The notes below the pieces were generated by a model, which was not told where the DNA came from, searched no databases, and worked only from the letters and a program-made list of their open reading frames with translations. The position numbers and the translations under genes were made by a program. From an uncultured Verrucomicrobiae bacterium (GTDB lineage: Bacteria; Verrucomicrobiota; Verrucomicrobiia; Chthoniobacterales; JAFAMB01), in contig CAWIPH010000002.1 of the NCBI GenBank assembly GCA_963837955.1, positions 2,784,001 through 2,848,000 on the forward strand: DNA of 64,000 nt, given 5' to 3'. The number at the start of each line of letters is the position of its first letter. Position 1 is the stretch's first letter. Positions 59,102-64,000 of this stretch are shown here, piece by piece.

Positions 59102-59118
59102 ACGCGTGAATCAAACGA

Positions 59119-61641
59119 CTATGGCTTAACAATGACCGTGATGGCAGGTTTATCCATTAAATATTTACGGCAGACTGCCTGAACATTTTCCAGTCTCGTT
59201 GCCTCGATTTCTCGCTGCCGCCGTTCTAAGTACTCAAGACCAAAGCCATAGATCTCATTCAGAGCCAGGGCATGAGCGTACGCTTCCAGGTTCTGCTTCT
59301 GGAAAGCGAGCTGGGCGAGCATCTTGGTTTTTGACCGCTCCAGTTCTTCGCTAGAAAGAGCGCCCTCGGCCAAATTTTCCATCTCCTTGTGGCAAAGCTG
59401 GACGACTTCGTCAGTAAACTCTGGTCCGGTCGCCGCGTAGATGCTGAACAGCCCGGGTGCCAGGCCGAGGGAAAGCGAGCTGCCCACGGAATAGGCCAAT
59501 CCAAGCTCTTCCCGGAGTTTAATAAAAAATCGCGAACTCGCATCCCCGGTAGCTTCATCAAGGATCTCGAAAGCGATCCGTTCTCGATCAAACAAAGTGC
59601 AAGCCAGGTAACCGATACTAACAAAGGCTTGATGTTTTTGATGGTGTTGCACCAGCTTGCGAGACGTAATCGGTGCGACTTTGGGCACCTTGAAATGGGC
59701 CGCTGACGATCGCTTGGGGAGAATACCGAGAAACTTTGTTACGGCGGGCCAAATTTCGTCTGCGTCGAAGTGACCGCAAATGGCGAACGAGCATGGCGCC
59801 GAATCAATGATCTGGCCATGGAGTCGGATCAAATCCTCCCGTCGGATACTGGCGACGGAGTTTCGGGTGCCAATAAGATTCATGGCATACGGATGGTCCC
59901 CGTATATCGCAGCACGAAGAACACTCCTGGCCAAGATCCCCGGCTGAGCGTCTTCCGCTTCGATAGCCGCGATCTGGCTGGCCCGCTCGCGTTCGATAGC
60001 ATCCTCCGGAAAAGACGCCGAGGTCAAAGTTTCTTCCACCAGAGCCAGGAGTTTTTGAAAATCCCCGGCCAGCGAGCTAAATGCGATACGCGAAGAGTTG
60101 TAGCCAGAGTCTCCAAAAAGGGTGCCTCCGAGCGACTCGACCTGGTCGGCGATTTCAGCGCTCGAGCGATTCTTTGTTCCTTTAATGAGGCTATGACTAT
60201 ATAGGCGATGGATACCGCTGTTCTTCGGATTCTCGGACAAGACCCCCCCTCGAAATACGATAGAGGCGTGCAGGATCGGCAGCCGATGATCGGGAATGAA
60301 GACGACGTGAACGCCGTTTGGGGCAAGGCGCATTTCCGGGGTCTTCTCGGCTACCAATCGGGGACGACGTGAGGTTATCGAGCTCTGCGGCTGGAGTGTC
60401 CCTACAGTTAAGTTATCTTCGTAAAGATACCGGTCATAAACTGCGTAGACTTCATCCAGGGACACCGATTGCGCTCGCTGGAGGTAGCGTTGATTGAACT
60501 GAAGATTACGGGTGTAGAGCCAATTCAATCCGGTATCGGAGGCGACCCCCTTCACCGTCTGCAGCTGCTCCCAGGCGCTGACCTGAATAATGCGTTTTGC
60601 TTTGGCCAGGTGCTCTCCGGCAAGCGGCCGCTTTCGCCATTCGGCTAGTTTTTGCAGCGTCGCGGGCTCGATGCTGGCGACATTCTCCACCGGACAGGTT
60701 CCAGACACGGTCAAAAGTCCGGGAAACCCTGGGGTAAACGCGTAGGCTCCAATCCCGTGGACTATTCCCTTCTTTTCCCGCAGTTCATCATAGAGGAAAG
60801 AGCTGGCTCCTCCCCCCAGCAAGACTGAAAGAATATCCAACGCCGGCAGATCCTCATGCGCCACGCCTGGCACATGCCAAGCCAGACTGAAATACCCCAA
60901 CTGCGAGTCAAAGACTCGTGACTCTCGGCGACACCCAAGCTGAGGTGGCTCTTCCGGGACAACGATCGGGGCAACCGGTGCTGGCGAGACCGCTCCGAAG
61001 GAAGCCTCGACTTGTTGACGGACAGTTTCAGCATCTACATCACCGGCAACCGCTATAAACACATTGTCTGGCACATACCTTCGACGGTAGTAGCGGAGCA
61101 CATCATCACGCGTGATCCGATCAAATATCCGTCGCAATCCGATCACCGGTGTACGACACGGGTGCAACTGGTACGCAGTTGCGAAGGTGAGGTGGCTGAG
61201 CATGCGATCGGGATCATCATAACCCATTTCAAACTCCCGCCGGATCACGTCCATCTCGCGCTCGAGTTCGCTTGCTTCGATCAATGATCCGAAGAGCATG
61301 TCAGCCAGAACGTCAAGCGCCGTGCCGACGACCGCTTTTGGGCAATCGACCCAGAAAACTGTTCGATCGAACGAGGTGTATGCATTGACATAACCGCCCC
61401 CTCGATGGATCTCTTCGCTAATGTCCGTGGCGGTACGGCGAGCGGTGCCCTTGAACAACATGTGCTCCAGCAGATGCGTCAATCCCCCGCCCAACCATTC
61501 CTGTTCGTGGATACTCCCGGTTTGACACCAGGCTTGGACACTTGCGACCCCCGCGTAGTGTTGCTCAGAAACCAGCAACGTTAAGCCATTCGCGAGCTCA
61601 AATTTTTCGACGCGAATCTCCGGAAATTCCATGCGTTGCAT
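59119..61641 (-). CDS. M16 zinc peptidase (fused two-half type)
   Basis: HLLEHMLFKGT, NAYTS, second inactive half with REELGLAYS. Confidence 0.93.
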   Translation of the reverse strand: MQRMEFPEIRVEKFELANGLTLLVSEQHYAGVASVQAWCQTGSIHEQEWLGGGLTHLLEHMLFKGTARRTATDISEEIHRGGGYVNAYTSFDRTVFWVDCPKAVVGTALDVLADMLFGSLIEASELEREMDVIRREFEMGYDDPDRMLSHLTFATAYQLHPCRTPVIGLRRIFDRITRDDVLRYYRRRYVPDNVFIAVAGDVDAETVRQQVEASFGAVSPAPVAPIVVPEEPPQLGCRRESRVFDSQLGYFSLAWHVPGVAHEDLPALDILSVLLGGGASSFLYDELREKKGIVHGIGAYAFTPGFPGLLTVSGTCPVENVASIEPATLQKLAEWRKRPLAGEHLAKAKRIIQVSAWEQLQTVKGVASDTGLNWLYTRNLQFNQRYLQRAQSVSLDEVYAVYDRYLYEDNLTVGTLQPQSSITSRRPRLVAEKTPEMRLAPNGVHVVFIPDHRLPILHASIVFRGGVLSENPKNSGIHRLYSHSLIKGTKNRSSAEIADQVESLGGTLFGDSGYNSSRIAFSSLAGDFQKLLALVEETLTSASFPEDAIERERASQIAAIEAEDAQPGILARSVLRAAIYGDHPYAMNLIGTRNSVASIRREDLIRLHGQIIDSAPCSFAICGHFDADEIWPAVTKFLGILPKRSSAAHFKVPKVAPITSRKLVQHHQKHQAFVSIGYLACTLFDRERIAFEILDEATGDASSRFFIKLREELGLAYSVGSSLSLGLAPGLFSIYAATGPEFTDEVVQLCHKEMENLAEGALSSEELERSKTKMLAQLAFQKQNLEAYAHALALNEIYGFGLEYLERRQREIEATRLENVQAVCRKYLMDKPAITVIVKP

Positions 61642-61677
61642 CCTGTCGTCTAGTGCACTGGATCGCAGGAGGCACCC

Positions 61678-62076
61678 TTAGGCACGCTTACCACTTTTCA
61701 ATGACTCATAGGGCTCGATAAACGCGGCGTGGAAATCGATCGCCGCCTGAAAATCTCGCGGTTGGTCGGATTCGGTTTTTCCAAAAACGCCAGCCTCAAT
61801 GAGATTGAAAACGATATTCCCAACGTCTTCGGACGATGTTACTCTCCAATGTTCAAGGACGGTCATTACCATCGGACCAAATTCCTTGAGTGCATATTGC
61901 CGAAACCCGTCCATTAACTCAGCAGCTGTCACGTGTACGCTCGGATCCGCTTGGCCCTTTTTCTGTTGCTTGATGGTGAATTCGAGCGCCTCCTTCACGA
62001 AATCGTACGCTTCTTTGTCGTAACGCGGATCTTTCTCGACAACGCGCTCGACCATCTCCTGAAACGATTTCTGCAT
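61678..62076 (-). CDS. Minf_1886-like (PVC-restricted) protein
   Basis: DPRY..EAY.FV.EAL, HVT..EL, FGPM, DVGNIVFNLI. Confidence 0.75.
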   Translation of the reverse strand: MQKSFQEMVERVVEKDPRYDKEAYDFVKEALEFTIKQQKKGQADPSVHVTAAELMDGFRQYALKEFGPMVMTVLEHWRVTSSEDVGNIVFNLIEAGVFGKTESDQPRDFQAAIDFHAAFIEPYESLKSGKRA

Positions 62077-62081
62077 AGCGA

Positions 62082-62213
62082 TTATTCTCTCGATTCCAAG
62101 GGCGCAGGAACACGCGGAACTCCATCCCGAAAATGCTTAACCATCGCCCCAATAAATATTGCGAAAAAGAGGCCTAATATGAAGAGCTGCTCGCGACGCG
62201 TCAACCGAATCAC
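62082..62213 (-). CDS. Small single-TM hypothetical protein
   Basis: VIRLTRREQLFILGLFFAIFIGAMVKHFR. Confidence 0.5.
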   Translation of the reverse strand: MIRLTRREQLFILGLFFAIFIGAMVKHFRDGVPRVPAPLESRE

Positions 62214-62364
62214 CGAGCAGTATACGGCACCGATCTGTTTTGTCATGCAGCGGTACAGCGATTGTGAGACTGATTGGTGAAGCATGTCGGCAAATCCTCG
62301 GTAGAAAATCTCTCGACACCTATTCACCACCCTCTCACTGATCACCAATCACCGATCACCGTGG

Positions 62365-62922
62365 CTACTGCATCGGGACGAGTCTCACTGTCGCCTGACC
62401 AAACTCCACTTTGCCGAAACGATTGATCGTTTCCCGCTCGAGAACCAGCCCCCGCCATATCTCCCCAAAAAAGAGCTCTTGGGCCATGGCCATGAATGCA
62501 GGAGCCACCGGCAGGCGCCCGATCGCCCCCCCATGATTTTTGAAAGTTGGCCGGCCGGCATCCTCCGTGGCGTTGTAGGTGCCCGAGAGATAAAACTCGA
62601 GCCCAAAAAAGACATATCGCGTAAATGCGTAGCAAACTCCGGATCGAAAGCTTAACAAGACGCCATCAAATCGACACCAATCGCCGAAAAGAAATCCTCT
62701 TGGACCCGCTCGCTGGCGAAGATAGTCATTGATTTCCGTTTCGGTCAGTTCCGCTACATCCGCCCCGCGAGAGGCCTTTGCCTGGGCGATCACCTGCATC
62801 ACCTCAATCCCTTTCCCACTACCGGTGGAGTTGGCTGGTAGATGATCCGGGCGCTCAAAAATCGCCAGGATAATCGCCGCTACCAAACTAATTCCGAGAA
62901 CCAACAGAAATCTGAGTAGCAA
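62365..62922 (-). CDS. Hypothetical membrane-anchored protein; 5' end possibly frameshifted
   Basis: TM segment at the TTG start, LTETEINDYL, GGAIGRLPV. Confidence 0.65.
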   Translation of the reverse strand: MLLRFLLVLGISLVAAIILAIFERPDHLPANSTGSGKGIEVMQVIAQAKASRGADVAELTETEINDYLRQRAGPRGFLFGDWCRFDGVLLSFRSGVCYAFTRYVFFGLEFYLSGTYNATEDAGRPTFKNHGGAIGRLPVAPAFMAMAQELFFGEIWRGLVLERETINRFGKVEFGQATVRLVPMQ

Positions 62923-63174
62923 AATGGCGGATGGCCGGATGATTACGATAGCGCTCCGCTATCGAACGGAGCCTATCTGAATTCTTCCTTTTTTTAGGCG
63001 GCGCAGCGGTCACAGGGGCGTGCGGTCAGTGCACTGGATATATCGGAAGTGGGTTTGAGCGCCGCGGGTCTAGCCGCGAGACGTGAGGATAGAGCGGAAG
63101 CTGTAGCCTCCTTCATGCTCGTTTAGCGACCCACAGCCCCTCCAGACTGGCACCTCGTACCGCGGTAAGACCAG

Positions 63175-63534
63175 CTAATTCGCCGGCTTGTTCGTAGATG
63201 AAGAAGCTCCCCCGCCAGACTTAGCTCCGCCTGAATCGGTTTTCGATCCGCCGCTCTCTTTCGGACCAGCCTCTTTCGAACCCGTCTCTTTAGTCCCAGA
63301 TTCTTTTTTGGCTGATTCTTTATAGTTCGAGCTGCGGTAATCCGTCACATAAAATCCGGATCCTTTGAAAATAAGGCCGGCTCCCGTTCCGACCAGCCGT
63401 TTGACTTTCCCTTGACCCCAGGTATCGAGACGGCAAAGTTCCTTTGGGCAAACCTCCATCGGTGCATCCTTCATCGACTGAAACAATTCAAAGGTACCCT
63501 GGCACTTCTCGCATCGATACTCGTACGTCGGCAT
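63175..63534 (-). CDS. FmdB-family zinc-ribbon protein
   Basis: MPTYEYRCEKC, FKGSGFYVTDY. Confidence 0.92.
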   Translation of the reverse strand: MPTYEYRCEKCQGTFELFQSMKDAPMEVCPKELCRLDTWGQGKVKRLVGTGAGLIFKGSGFYVTDYRSSNYKESAKKESGTKETGSKEAGPKESGGSKTDSGGAKSGGGASSSTNKPAN

Positions 63535-63715
63535 ATCCTGATCTGAAAGATATGGATATAGCAGATCCGGAGCCGTTCAGCAATGGAAGCGCGGGGGATG
63601 CGCTGGAAACGATCTCCCCGCACCATACTGTGCATACCCAGGGGTCGGCCCAACCGTAAAGGCGTATTGACGATTTCCAGGAAGCCAATTAATAGAATTC
63701 TCCTCTATAATAATT

Positions 63716-64000
63716 ATGAGCTTACGAGGTTTGGTTATCATTTCGGCCGCATTATTCCTTGCCAGTTGCGACGGCGGTGAGAAGGCTCGTTTGTCAAATC
63801 CCAAAACCCCCTACCTGGCAGGAACTTACGGTGCCCAGTCCTCTGGAACTTCCGGTTACGATCCAATTTCCTACTGGGACGGCGATGGAGTAAATGGTCG
63901 GCCATCTGTGACGATTGCTCTGAACGAGCAACGCGCCTATTTCTATAAGGGCGATCAGCTAGTAGGCATCTCCCAAGTTTCCGCTGGAAGGGAAGGCCAC
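63716..64000 (+). CDS. Probable L,D-transpeptidase lipoprotein, N-terminal part (runs off window)
   Basis: MSLRGLVIISAALFLASC lipobox...SVTIALNEQRAYFYKGDQLVGISQVSAGREGH; not in ORF track. Confidence 0.75.
   Translation, partial: MSLRGLVIISAALFLASCDGGEKARLSNPKTPYLAGTYGAQSSGTSGYDPISYWDGDGVNGRPSVTIALNEQRAYFYKGDQLVGISQVSAGREGH

Noticed and set aside
1..64000. tRNA, rRNA, riboswitches
   Set aside because: No recognisable cloverleaf or conserved aptamer seen by eye; an Infernal/Rfam scan is needed to exclude them.

Overview
This is a bacterial chromosomal segment, most likely from Verrucomicrobiota (inferred from DUF5069, a Minf_1886-like protein, dapL and the kdsA-lptCAB-hpf-hprK-ptsH-ptsI order). 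Housekeeping genes lie at both ends: asd, sod and dapL on the left; the PTS/Lpt/kdsA block and an M16 peptidase on the right. The middle is accessory. It holds a GT8-like/MFS/CDP-sugar (rfbF-rfbG-rfbC-like) operon, a TetR module with four visible operators next to a tyrosine-recombinase remnant and a dif-like site, and a deoxyribose-type catabolic cluster (deoC, ALDH16-like, DeoR/SorC, two ABC systems, mutarotase, kinase). A divergent EF-G paralogue is also present. Several features are absent from the ORF track: (i) a triply frameshifted GxxExxY nuclease-family gene enclosed by inverted tandem-octamer repeats; (ii) a second GxxExxY remnant whose flanking repeat has an inverted 44/50 copy 8.8 kb away, bracketing the CDP-sugar block; (iii) a 41-aa lipoprotein; (iv) ArsR-SRPBCC, integrase and IS remnants; (v) many REP/REPIN-like and 7/8/9-mer repeats. 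Several single-base indels in short homopolymers may be assembly errors. No rRNA, tRNA or CRISPR was seen. All family assignments come from motif recognition, not database searches.
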